Assembly: GCA_035458985.1 (NCBI GenBank) | Contig: DATHYR010000041.1 | Location: 16,910 to 80,909, forward strand | DNA length: 64,000 nt | Reading direction: 5' to 3' | Source: Pseudomonadales bacterium | GTDB taxonomy: Bacteria > Pseudomonadota > Gammaproteobacteria > Pseudomonadales > JAHEIH01 | Part shown: positions 10,429-20,249 of the stretch, piece after piece | Layout of the letters: each line of letters starts with the position of its first letter | Position numbering within the stretch: the first letter of the stretch is position 1 | Program-made: the position numbers and the translations under genes | Notes under the pieces: generated by a model | What the model was told of the DNA's origin: nothing | The model's input: only the letters and a program-made list of their open reading frames with translations | Database searches by the model: none

Positions 10429-11724
10429 TTAGATATCGTAGCCACGCTCATCGTGGAGTACCAGATCAAGACCAATGGTCTCTTCTTCATCATCCACACG
10501 TAAGCCCACCAGCGCATCCACCAGCTTCAACAGCACAAAAGAAACCACCGCCGTGTAAACAAAGGTTGACACCACGCCGATCAACTGAACGCTAAACTGC
10601 CCAGCAATAGAATCAATGCCGTCGCTGAAACCGTTACCACTGAAAATACCTAGGCTCTGCGCACAGAAAATACCCGCTAACAAGGTCCCTAGGATTCCCC
10701 CTACACCGTGAACGGGAAACACATCCAACGAATCATCAATCTTAAGGGTGTTCTTAATCCAGTTAGTCGCAAAGTAACAAATCACACCCGCTGACAAACC
10801 AATCACCAAGGCGGCGGCAGGGCCAACCGAACCCGACGCAGGAGTGATCGTTCCTAGACCCGCGACCATACCGGTCACGATACCAAGCACAGATGGCTTA
10901 CCGTGTCGTATCCACTCCATCGCCATCCACGCCAACGCACCGGCCGCCGCAGAAATGTGCGTGACTAACATAGCCATAGTGGCACTCTCATTCGCGGCCA
11001 GCGCTGAACCCGCATTGAAACCAAACCAACCTACCCACAACATACCCGCGCCAGTGACCGTCATCGTGAGGTTGTGTGGCAACATCGCCGCTGTACCAAA
11101 GCCTCTTCGAGGCCCCATGACCAGAGCAGCGACAATCGCCGCTACAGCAGCCGTGATGTGAACCACTGTCCCGCCTGCGAAATCTTGCAGCCCCATCTGG
11201 CCCAACCAGCCGCCACCCCAAACCCAATGGCAGACAGGGGCATACACCACCAACAGCCAAATACTGCAGAAAAGCAGCATAGCTGAAAACCGCATACGCT
11301 CGGCAAATCCACCCACGATCAGTGCTGGAGTAATTACCGCAAAGGTCATTTGGAAAATCGCAAATAAGGTGGTAGGAATATCGCCTGTGACACTATTCAT
11401 CGTGATTGAGGCGAAGAAAATATTACCGAAATCACCGACCCACGCACCTTGTTCGACCCCCTCACTGCCAAAAGCAATGGTATAACCTACGGCGAACCAA
11501 AGAATCGACATAAGGCACGTTAAAGTAAAACATTGCATCAATACTGACAGAACGTTTTTAGAACGAACCAAACCCGCATAAAACAAGGACAATCCAGGAA
11601 TGGTCATGAATAACACTAACGCTGTCGCGGTGATCATCCATGCCGTATTACCGGAGTCAATCTGAGCAAACGATGGCGATGCCACTGCCAGAAGTGGCAA
11701 GGCAAAAATTATTTTTTGGTACAT
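10429..11724 (-). CDS. amtB: ammonium transporter AmtB
   Basis: 431 aa with a signal peptide and 11-12 TM helices. DFAGGTVVHI, GWFGFNAGS and VHGVGGILGTLL signatures. Directly downstream of glnK. Confidence 0.92.
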   Translation of the reverse strand: MYQKIIFALPLLAVASPSFAQIDSGNTAWMITATALVLFMTIPGLSLFYAGLVRSKNVLSVLMQCFTLTCLMSILWFAVGYTIAFGSEGVEQGAWVGDFGNIFFASITMNSVTGDIPTTLFAIFQMTFAVITPALIVGGFAERMRFSAMLLFCSIWLLVVYAPVCHWVWGGGWLGQMGLQDFAGGTVVHITAAVAAIVAALVMGPRRGFGTAAMLPHNLTMTVTGAGMLWVGWFGFNAGSALAANESATMAMLVTHISAAAGALAWMAMEWIRHGKPSVLGIVTGMVAGLGTITPASGSVGPAAALVIGLSAGVICYFATNWIKNTLKIDDSLDVFPVHGVGGILGTLLAGIFCAQSLGIFSGNGFSDGIDSIAGQFSVQLIGVVSTFVYTAVVSFVLLKLVDALVGLRVDDEEETIGLDLVLHDERGYDI

Positions 11725-11735
11725 ATGTTTATCCC

Positions 11736-12125
<390 letters not shown>

Positions 12126-12220
12126 TCAAACTGTGGCCGACGACTATACTTGTTCGGCAGGGGTCGAATTCTGTCACAGTGACAAAATCGATACAAGCCA
12201 GATGTTCCGCATACGAATAA

Positions 12221-12616
12221 ATGGGTGAAATCATGAGGCTTAAACAGCGCTTTCTTATCGCTCTTGGATGGTTGTGTGTTGCTCTAGGCATCGCAGGAAT
12301 TCCTCTCCCTGTCTTACCTACAACCCCATTTTTATTATTAGCTGCCTGGTGTTTTGCCCAATCATCACCACGCTTTCATCGCTGGTTAATCGAGCATCCC
12401 AAACTGGGGCCCATCGTTAACCCTTGGCGCGAGGGGAAAGGCATTCCTCTTCATGTGAAACGCAGGATTTTATTGGCCATGTGGTTCAGCATGGGGTTGA
12501 GCGCCGCTATTGTCGGCAATCCACGCGTCGCCTTGATGATGCTGATCAGCGGTTTATGTGTCAGTGTTTATATTCTTAGACAACCTGAATTTCAGGCACC
12601 CTCCTCGTCGCGATGA
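12221..12616 (+). CDS. ybaN: YbaN/DUF454 family inner-membrane protein
   Basis: GIAGIPLPVLPTTPFLLLAAWCFAQSSPRFHRWL motif. Start could be the ATG at 12233. Confidence 0.8.
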   Translation: MGEIMRLKQRFLIALGWLCVALGIAGIPLPVLPTTPFLLLAAWCFAQSSPRFHRWLIEHPKLGPIVNPWREGKGIPLHVKRRILLAMWFSMGLSAAIVGNPRVALMMLISGLCVSVYILRQPEFQAPSSSR

Positions 12617-14394
12617 CTTTGTTGAACACGCCACATCGCCGCGTAGAGCCCATTGAGACTCAGCAATTGTTTGTGTGTGCCCTGTTCAACGACCCTGCCA
12701 GCCTCTAACACCACGATACAGTCCGCCTCTATCACTGTCGACAGCCGATGGGCGATCACCACACTGGTGTGATCCATCGCGAGACGTTTGATCTCTTGTA
12801 ATACCGCACGTTCTGAATGGCTATCGAGTGACGATGTCGCCTCATCAAACAATAAAATCGACGGTTTCTTGAGTACTGTACGCGCAATCGCTACCCGCTG
12901 TTTTTCCCCCCCCGACAACTTTAACCCGCGTTCCCCTACGCGTGTTTGCAACCCCTCTGGCAACGACATAACGAACTGACTGAGATTCGCTGTAGCAATC
13001 GCCGCCTCAACTTCGGTATCGCTAGCATCAGGACGGCCGTAACGCACGTTCTCCAACAGGCTGTCGTTAAACAATACCGTATCTTGAGGCACCACACCCA
13101 ATGCTGCGCGAAGAGAAGATTGTGTGACCTGGCTAATGTCTTGGCCGTCGATGCTCACTACGCCGCGCTGTGCGCGGTAAAAACCACACAATAATTTCAC
13201 CAGTGTGGACTTACCCGCACCGCTTGGGCCAACCACTGCCAAGGTTTGGCCTCGTCCAATGCTAAACGTGACATCGTGCAAAATTTGTCGATTAGCTTGG
13301 TAGCCAAAACACACCTGATCGAATCGAATGTCGCTATCTCTCAAGACCAGTGGCTGTGCACCTTCCACATCTTCTATGGCGGGTTTTCTGTCTAATAAAG
13401 CAAACATGTGCTCAATATTGGCCATGGCGCCTTTGATTTCTCTATAGACAAATCCGAGAAAGTTTAAAGGGACAAATAATTGCACCATAAAGGCATTGAT
13501 GAGAACAAAATCCCCTAGACTCATGTGTTCTTGCTGCACCTGTGATGCCGCCAAAAGCAACATAATGGTCATAGCGACAGAGACGATGAGGGCCTGACCA
13601 ATATTTAGTGCAAATAATGAAAGACGATTTTTCCGTCGTGCCTGCTCCCAATCGGCCAAGGCTTGGTCGTAGAGACGGGCCTCAAAAGCTTCATTACCGA
13701 AATATTTAACGGTTTCATAGTTGAGCAGACTGTCGATGGCACGGGTATTTGAGGTAGAGTCAGCCCGATTCATCTCCCTCACATACTGGGTGCGCCACTC
13801 CGTGGTTTTGAAAGAGAACCACACATAAGCCACAATGGCCAAGACCGTCACCATTGCAAACGAAACCCCATAATTTAGCAACAGGATGGCACTTACCATG
13901 GTAATTTCGATCAGCGTCGGGGCAATATTGAAAACAAAGAAGCGCAGTAAAAATCCTACCCCTGTTGTGCCACGCTCGATATCACGAGACAAACCGCCGG
14001 TGCGCCGGTCGAGATGAAAATCCAGTTCTAGGGTGTGTAGGTGACGAAACACCGCCAGACTTACTCTGCGCATGGCACGTTCGGTGACGCGACCAAAGAC
14101 AGTGTCGCGAAGTTCGCCAAATAAAATAGTGCTAAATCGAGCCATCCCATAGGCGATGACTAAAGTTGCAGGTAACAACCAAAAACCTACAGAAGCTTGC
14201 ACACCCGCATCGAGTCCATCGACGATATATTTCAATAAAAACGGCCCGGTCAGCGTGGCTACCTTGGCCGCCACTAAGAAAGCCATCGCTAGCGCCACCC
14301 GCCCTTTGTATTCCTGTAAAAATGGCCACAGGTGTCTGAGTACCGACCAATCTATAGGGCTATTAAGATCGCCACCAAAACTTGAACCACGCAA
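12592..14394 (-). CDS. ABC transporter permease/ATPase fusion, Atm1/HMT1-like exporter
   Basis: 600 aa. Six-TM domain followed by an NBD with Walker A GPSGAGKST, signature LSGGEKQRVAIAR and Walker B ILLFDEATSSLD. The overall layout resembles Atm1-type exporters. Confidence 0.8.
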   Translation of the reverse strand: MRGSSFGGDLNSPIDWSVLRHLWPFLQEYKGRVALAMAFLVAAKVATLTGPFLLKYIVDGLDAGVQASVGFWLLPATLVIAYGMARFSTILFGELRDTVFGRVTERAMRRVSLAVFRHLHTLELDFHLDRRTGGLSRDIERGTTGVGFLLRFFVFNIAPTLIEITMVSAILLLNYGVSFAMVTVLAIVAYVWFSFKTTEWRTQYVREMNRADSTSNTRAIDSLLNYETVKYFGNEAFEARLYDQALADWEQARRKNRLSLFALNIGQALIVSVAMTIMLLLAASQVQQEHMSLGDFVLINAFMVQLFVPLNFLGFVYREIKGAMANIEHMFALLDRKPAIEDVEGAQPLVLRDSDIRFDQVCFGYQANRQILHDVTFSIGRGQTLAVVGPSGAGKSTLVKLLCGFYRAQRGVVSIDGQDISQVTQSSLRAALGVVPQDTVLFNDSLLENVRYGRPDASDTEVEAAIATANLSQFVMSLPEGLQTRVGERGLKLSGGEKQRVAIARTVLKKPSILLFDEATSSLDSHSERAVLQEIKRLAMDHTSVVIAHRLSTVIEADCIVVLEAGRVVEQGTHKQLLSLNGLYAAMWRVQQSHRDEEGA

Positions 14395-14501
14395 AGCCTT
14401 CTCCTTAATAAACCGCGCTTGTTTCGCGCGGATTTGCTATATTGTCCCGTCAAGTCCATAAATGCGAGCACAGCTTGAAAAAATTACCCACCAAGGCAGA
14501 T

Positions 14502-14801
14502 ATGCGCGCCGAAATGGCGAAGCAAATCGACGACTTCATTGCACAGGGCGGTGAAGTCGCACATATTCCTAATGGGATTAGTGGGCGAATCTCCAACGAC
14601 GGTCCACTCCGACATAACAGCACAGTATTCGAACCCAAGGCGGCTGAACGGACGTTTATTCCTGACGTTGTCGCGGCCTTGGAAGAACGCAGCAAACAAC
14701 TCAAAGCGCCCATGGCCGCCAAAAAGCGACCCTCCAAACCCAAAAAAGTCCCCATTTACGACGACTTTGGTGAAATTCTTCGCTGGGAGTGGCGCGACTA
14801 G
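14502..14801 (+). CDS. small basic conserved hypothetical protein (possible SutA-like)
   Basis: Preferred start is the ATG at 14502 (AAGG 6 nt upstream); the track ORF starts at a TTG at 14442. The DDFIAQGGEVAHIP motif resembles the FLSRGGKVQEI core I recall from Pseudomonas SutA. Lys/Pro-rich tail. Confidence 0.45.
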   Translation: MRAEMAKQIDDFIAQGGEVAHIPNGISGRISNDGPLRHNSTVFEPKAAERTFIPDVVAALEERSKQLKAPMAAKKRPSKPKKVPIYDDFGEILRWEWRD

Positions 14802-17278
14802 CGATTGTCTCGGTCCATCTTGGCTTTGGTGGTCGTGGTGGCCTGAGCTTGTCGTGGATCATCTGGCCAATAATGCTTTGGATAGCGACCTTTCATATCT
14901 TTTTTGACCTCTGCATACGCATTTTGCCAAAAACTTGTTAAATCGGCCGTCACGGCAAGTGGCCGCTGCGCCGGTGACAAGAGATGCAAAAGAACTTTTA
15001 CCCTCCCCTCTGCCAAGCTCGGTGATTCGGGGCAACCAAACATTTCCTGCATTTTGACAGCGAGAACCGGTTGATCGGCGCAATAATTGATAGCCACATG
15101 TCGACCGGAAGGCACGAGAACATGGCTCGGTGCAAGACGCTGAATGGTCTGTTGCTGCTCCCACGTAAAGCGTGACATTAAGATCGCCGCGACATCAAGT
15201 TTTTGTAGCACTGCCAGCGACTTCACCCCTACCAGGTAAGGCGTGAGCCAATCGTCTAATTGTGAAAGCAGACGTTCATCAGCGATATCGGGCCAATGCG
15301 GGTCATCGATAAAGCGGCGCGTAAATTGTGCTCTTGCTTGCCATTGTCGCGCACCCTCGCTCCAAGGCAACACTTGGAGTCCCTTGTCACGAATATGCTG
15401 CAATAACGCCTCTTGAATGATGGCGTCATCGATGTCGTGAATAGCTCGAGAACCAATCACAAGCTCACCCCAGCGCCGCTGTAAACTCGCTTCAAACCGG
15501 CCAACATTGTCATTCCATCTCGCCGAAAGATGCTCGACAACCCCCTCCGCCAGATCGTGATCAAAGGCCTCAGGTGGCAAGGCCGCTGCCAGAAAAATAT
15601 TATCGTCGCTGCGCCCTGCACTCCCCCCGACATCCGCGACCACCAAATAAGGTTGACCATATAAACTGTCGTCTGGACTCAAGACAGCCCCTCGGCCCGA
15701 CGCCAATTTATATTCCCCTCCGCCAGGCTTACGACATTGTGCCACACGATCGGGGTAAGCTTGGGCGAGAAGCACCGCAGGGCTGATCTCACGCCTTGCC
15801 GCAGTTAAGGTCAGGGCTTTGCATAGCTGAAAAGCCCTAGCTTGAATACGAGCCGCTTGTCCCTTGCCAGTACTCAGCCAAGCCAGTCGCTGCTCAATAT
15901 CGGCACCCGCATGACGTAAAGGGTCACGTTCCTCCAGCAATGCGGCAAGTTGTGCGGCTTGCTGTCCAGCACCCCATGCATTGGCACGCAACAACATATG
16001 ACCTAACCGAGGATGACAGGGGATAGCCGCCAATTGCTCACCGTGTGGGGTCAGTTGATTATCATTCAGGGCCCCCAGTTCATGTAATAACTGCAGGGCA
16101 CGTTGATAGGCGTGCTGAGGCGGCGTATCAAGCCATTGTAATTCATCCAGATCGCGACAACCCCATGCGACAAGCTGCAGAGCCATCGCTGTCAGATCAG
16201 CCTGCAGAATATCCGGCGTATCGTGCAGGGATAATTGTTGATGCTGCTGTTCTGTCCAGAGTCGATAGCAAACCCCCGGGGCCGTTCTGCCGGCTCTACC
16301 CGCACGTTGCTTGGCCGACGCCTGAGAAATACGCTGATGGTGAAGTCTGCTCATACCGTTGCGGGCATCAAACCGAGAGACCCTAGCCCAGCCTGTGTCG
16401 ATAACGATATCAACACCTTCAATCGTAATACTCGATTCAGCAATATTCGTGGCTAATACAATCTTACGATGCCCGGGTATGGCAGGTGTTACTGCCCGCC
16501 GTTGCTCATCCATTGAGAGCTGTCCATATAACGGGGCAATATGGAGCGTGGCATCGTCTGCATAGCGGGCCTGCAAAAGGGCATGTACTTGCTGAATCTC
16601 TCTCTGACCCGGCAGGAAAACCAGCATCGAGCCTGCGTGATGTTGTAACGCCAGGCGAACCTGTGCCACCACTGCATCGACCAAATCCCGTCGCTCAACA
16701 TGGTGTGAACTAAATACAATGTCGACGGGGAAGCTGCGACCTTCACTCCTTATAACTGGGCAATTCAGCCACTGCTGCAATGGACCTACGTCCAGTGTCG
16801 CCGACATTACCAGCAGACGAAGGGACTGCTGCTCGCGAAATAACTCCGCACTCTGCAAACACAATGCGAGGGCAATATCACTATCAATATTGCGCTCATG
16901 GAACTCATCAAATATCACCATACCTATGCCATCAAGACTGGGATCATCTTGCAGCATTCGCAAAAAGACGCCCTCTGTGACGACTTCCAGCCGCGTTTTT
17001 TCGGACACCGCCGTCTCATGGCGCATACGATAGCCCACCGTCGCCCCACAACGTTCACCCAGCTGTGCGGCCATAAATTCTGCCGCCCCACGCGCCGCGA
17101 TTCGCCGAGGCTCAAGCAGGATAATTTTCTGCCCATCGAGGTAAGATTGCTGCAATAAGGCCAGCGGAACACGCGTGGTTTTGCCCGCGCCGGGCTCCGC
17201 TTGCAACACACAGATAGCGTCGCTGCCAAGCGTGTCCAATAAAGAAGGTAAGACATCATCAATAGGGAGTAAACGCAT
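14798..17278 (-). CDS. hrpB: ATP-dependent RNA helicase HrpB
   Basis: 826 aa. DEAH-box helicase motifs AEPGAGKTT, FDEFHER, SATL, LATNIAESSITI, QRAGRAGR, plus the HrpB C-terminal domain. Confidence 0.9.
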   Translation of the reverse strand: MRLLPIDDVLPSLLDTLGSDAICVLQAEPGAGKTTRVPLALLQQSYLDGQKIILLEPRRIAARGAAEFMAAQLGERCGATVGYRMRHETAVSEKTRLEVVTEGVFLRMLQDDPSLDGIGMVIFDEFHERNIDSDIALALCLQSAELFREQQSLRLLVMSATLDVGPLQQWLNCPVIRSEGRSFPVDIVFSSHHVERRDLVDAVVAQVRLALQHHAGSMLVFLPGQREIQQVHALLQARYADDATLHIAPLYGQLSMDEQRRAVTPAIPGHRKIVLATNIAESSITIEGVDIVIDTGWARVSRFDARNGMSRLHHQRISQASAKQRAGRAGRTAPGVCYRLWTEQQHQQLSLHDTPDILQADLTAMALQLVAWGCRDLDELQWLDTPPQHAYQRALQLLHELGALNDNQLTPHGEQLAAIPCHPRLGHMLLRANAWGAGQQAAQLAALLEERDPLRHAGADIEQRLAWLSTGKGQAARIQARAFQLCKALTLTAARREISPAVLLAQAYPDRVAQCRKPGGGEYKLASGRGAVLSPDDSLYGQPYLVVADVGGSAGRSDDNIFLAAALPPEAFDHDLAEGVVEHLSARWNDNVGRFEASLQRRWGELVIGSRAIHDIDDAIIQEALLQHIRDKGLQVLPWSEGARQWQARAQFTRRFIDDPHWPDIADERLLSQLDDWLTPYLVGVKSLAVLQKLDVAAILMSRFTWEQQQTIQRLAPSHVLVPSGRHVAINYCADQPVLAVKMQEMFGCPESPSLAEGRVKVLLHLLSPAQRPLAVTADLTSFWQNAYAEVKKDMKGRYPKHYWPDDPRQAQATTTTKAKMDRDNR

Positions 17279-17427
17279 GATAACTCGATCAAATGAAAAG
17301 GGAGGCAGTGTAGCTTAGCGGCGCGCTGAAAGGGAATTGTGAATAAAGACAGGCGCTTCAAACGACACGGTTACAAACACCTCAATACCCGAATTTATGT
17401 CTATACTGCTATGGATACGGAGGCACT

Positions 17428-18036
17428 ATGACAGATACAGTTAATGTGAAATTCAAAGGCGAGATTGCCCCAGATAAAACCCCGGAGCAAGTGCTAGTCG
17501 CACTAGCACATTTGTTTAAAACAGAGCCTAATAAATTACAGCATTGGCTAAGTGGACAAGACGTCATCATTAAACGTGATATCAGCCACGATCAGGCCCA
17601 AAAATATCTCCATGCAATGGCGAAGGTTGGCGCAATAGCCGTGCTAGAGTCAACAGCAATGGAGCCCGCGCTAAACCAAGCAACGACGGCATCTCCAGAT
17701 TGGAGTATCGCGGCGCTAGGCAGCGATGTGCTTCGCCCCGACGAAATAACTACCGCCACACCCGTCAAGGTCGATATTTCCCAATATCGCGCCCTCGATA
17801 ACAACGAATTGGTCATAGAAACCTTCCAACCACCCAGTGTAGAAACACCGGATATCAGTCGATTTGGTTTGAAACCCGCCGGACGTTTGGTGGAAGAAGA
17901 GGAGCTGAGCCCTCCTACTCCACTCACACCTGATATTTCGGGTTTGGATATTCTTCCCCCGGGAAATATCGACAACTTACCTGACAAACGGTCTGTACAG
18001 GCACCCGACGTGAGCCACCTAACAATAGATCATTAA
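17428..18036 (+). CDS. hypothetical protein with five ~26-aa-periodic PD(I/V/W)S repeats
   Basis: 202 aa. Compact N-terminal ~75-aa domain, then repeats SPDWSIAAL / KVDISQYRAL / TPDISRFGL / TPDISGLDIL / APDVSHLTI at residues ~90, 116, 142, 169 and 194. Confidence 0.6.
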   Translation: MTDTVNVKFKGEIAPDKTPEQVLVALAHLFKTEPNKLQHWLSGQDVIIKRDISHDQAQKYLHAMAKVGAIAVLESTAMEPALNQATTASPDWSIAALGSDVLRPDEITTATPVKVDISQYRALDNNELVIETFQPPSVETPDISRFGLKPAGRLVEEEELSPPTPLTPDISGLDILPPGNIDNLPDKRSVQAPDVSHLTIDH

Positions 18037-18121
18037 CGCCCGACCACAATGTAACAAAGTTGTTGCAATAAAATACCGGATCCTCTACTGTAGGTACGAC
18101 AACTCGCTACTGGTAGACGTT

Positions 18122-18529
18122 ATGAAGACCCAAGCCACTATCCTCCTTGTTGAGGATGATCATGCGAGTACCGTTGTCGCTTCAACCATGCTCACGCGTG
18201 AAGGTTACAACGTTATTTGCGTTGAAAACGGCAGGGATGGCCTCGATATTGCTCAAACGGACAGGGCAGATTTAATCGTGTTGGACCTAAACCTCCCTTT
18301 GTTTAGCGGCCAACAGTTTCTTGATGCGCGCATGCAATGCCCTATCATGAAGCACATTCCATGTATTGTGACTTCCGCCCATGCCCAGTCGCACTACATC
18401 GACGAAGCTAAAAAATTAGGGGCTGACCTCTACTTCACTAAACCCCTCGACTGGCCATGCATCGTCAATGCAATCAACGCAATTTTGTCATCAAGCGTCC
18501 GTATCGACTTGGCGAAAACAGCAGGCTAA
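18122..18529 (+). CDS. single-domain response regulator (CheY-like receiver)
   Basis: ILLVEDD..., phospho-acceptor context LIVLDLNLP, and a downstream conserved Ser/Thr (TSAH) and Lys (TKP). 135 aa with no output domain. Confidence 0.85.
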   Translation: MKTQATILLVEDDHASTVVASTMLTREGYNVICVENGRDGLDIAQTDRADLIVLDLNLPLFSGQQFLDARMQCPIMKHIPCIVTSAHAQSHYIDEAKKLGADLYFTKPLDWPCIVNAINAILSSSVRIDLAKTAG

Positions 18530-18561
18530 CGTAGACTTGCGCCTCTCAATGGAGGCGCACC

Positions 18562-19056
18562 ATGAACAACAAAACGACCCTATCAACACACGTTGGCCTT
18601 ATCCGCCGACTCATGACAATCCTCTACGATAGTTTCCTTATTTTCCCGTGTTGCCTTATCACGGGTGGTGTAGTGGTCGCCGTTAAAGTGGCTATAACCG
18701 ACAAGGCCGCCATTGAAACCATGCGAGCCAACGGTGAGCGTGCTATTTCAGGACCTTGGGAAAGCAGTATTTTATTTAGCGTTTTTTTACTGACGGTGTT
18801 TTTCTTTTACGGCTACTTTTGGCGCAAAAAAGGACAAACACTGGCTATGCAGGCATGGCGTAGTAAAATTGTGCGCTCCGCAGACGGAGAACTGCCCACC
18901 TGGGGTCAATGTATCACGCGGTTTATTGTCGCCTTCTTCTCTCTAGCCCTAGGTGGTCTGGGTTTCCTGTGGATGGTGATCGATCGCGACAAAAAAACGT
19001 GGCATGACCACCTCTCAGGTACGGAATTGCAGCTTCAACCAAAACGAAAAAAATAA
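18562..19056 (+). CDS. RDD family membrane protein
   Basis: 164 aa with three TM segments. Q..GQTLAMQAW and a C-terminal DRDKKTWHD motif typical of the RDD domain. Confidence 0.78.
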   Translation: MNNKTTLSTHVGLIRRLMTILYDSFLIFPCCLITGGVVVAVKVAITDKAAIETMRANGERAISGPWESSILFSVFLLTVFFFYGYFWRKKGQTLAMQAWRSKIVRSADGELPTWGQCITRFIVAFFSLALGGLGFLWMVIDRDKKTWHDHLSGTELQLQPKRKK

Positions 19057-19057
19057 A

Positions 19058-20119
19058 TTACCTGACACGGCTCAATAGAATGCTTCCGATAGCGATACAC
19101 AGCACCGCGGGTAACAACGCGGCGTAAATCGGGGGCACGCCAAACACCAGACTGGCAGGGCCTAACATATCTTGGCTAGTTTGAAAGGCAATGCCAAAAA
19201 TCGCACCAATGAAGATCCTAAAGCCCATGGTCACCGAACGCAGTGGCCCGAACACAAAAGAAATGGCCACTAATACCAGACCAAAGGTACTCAGCGGTTG
19301 CAGCATTTTTTTCCAAAATGCCATCACATACTCCCCATTATTCTGTCCCTGTTCGGCCAGATAGTTGGAATACTGCCACAGCCCTGTCATCGATAAACTT
19401 TCTGGACTCATCGCTACCACCGACAGTAATTCCGGGGTAATCTCCGTATCCCAACGCAGCACTTCATAGTTTTCAACCGAACTGCGCTGATTTTCCAATT
19501 GCGTTTCAAGGATCCCCTCTAACATCCAGTGCGATCCTTGGTAGGTCGCTCTGTCGCTGTAGCGAGCAGAGATCATTTCGTTATTATCATTAAATCGGAA
19601 ATGAGATACGCCATAGAGCACCCCGTTTGGCTGGACAACTGAAAAGTGCATAAACGTATTGCCTTCCCTTGTCCAGACACCACCTGTAGTCACAAATCCC
19701 CGGTCACCATAGCGCGCCAAGGCTTTTCGACTCTCGGCGACTTGATCGGTCACTGGCGCAATATATTGACCCAATACCATCCCAAAAAGCATGATCATAG
19801 CCACGGGTTTCAGAACGGACGCCACAATTTTAAAAATAGATACCCCCGCTGCACGAATCACCACCAACTCACTGTTCGAGGCCAAACTCCCCAGACCAAA
19901 TAAGCAGCCCAGTAGACAGGCAAACGGAATATTGTTGTAGATCATGCCGGGTATGAGTGTCACCACGTACTGCAGGGCCTGCAATAACTGATATTGCGCT
20001 TCAAGTCGACTGAGCTGATCTATGATCGCAGAGACAAGATTTAGACCGACAATGACCACCAAGGTCACGATCACAGCCCCAAAGATATGTTGTGCTATGT
20101 AGCGATTTAAGAGGTTCAA
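19058..20119 (-). CDS. lptG: LPS export ABC transporter permease LptG
   Basis: LNRYIAQHIF N-terminus, SELVVIRAAGVS, and FVFGPLRSVTMGFRI (E. coli LptG has FIFGPLRSVPMG). Likely TTG start at 20119 preceded by GAGGG; the track ORF extends to 20182. Confidence 0.85.
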   Translation of the reverse strand: MNLLNRYIAQHIFGAVIVTLVVIVGLNLVSAIIDQLSRLEAQYQLLQALQYVVTLIPGMIYNNIPFACLLGCLFGLGSLASNSELVVIRAAGVSIFKIVASVLKPVAMIMLFGMVLGQYIAPVTDQVAESRKALARYGDRGFVTTGGVWTREGNTFMHFSVVQPNGVLYGVSHFRFNDNNEMISARYSDRATYQGSHWMLEGILETQLENQRSSVENYEVLRWDTEITPELLSVVAMSPESLSMTGLWQYSNYLAEQGQNNGEYVMAFWKKMLQPLSTFGLVLVAISFVFGPLRSVTMGFRIFIGAIFGIAFQTSQDMLGPASLVFGVPPIYAALLPAVLCIAIGSILLSRVR

Positions 20120-20249
20120 AACAGCCCTCAATTCCTTATTTTGATTACCGTTTATGCAGACGGCAAAACGAGACATTGTCAATTGCGATAACGCTAGATA
20201 AGCTGACGTTATTATTACTCAAACCACCGCCAATGTCTTTGGAGAAAAT

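Noticed and set aside
16924-17361. 145-aa minus-strand ORF spanning the hrpB start
   Set aside because: It is an out-of-frame overlap with the well-supported hrpB N-terminus (GAGKTT Walker A) and has no independent support.
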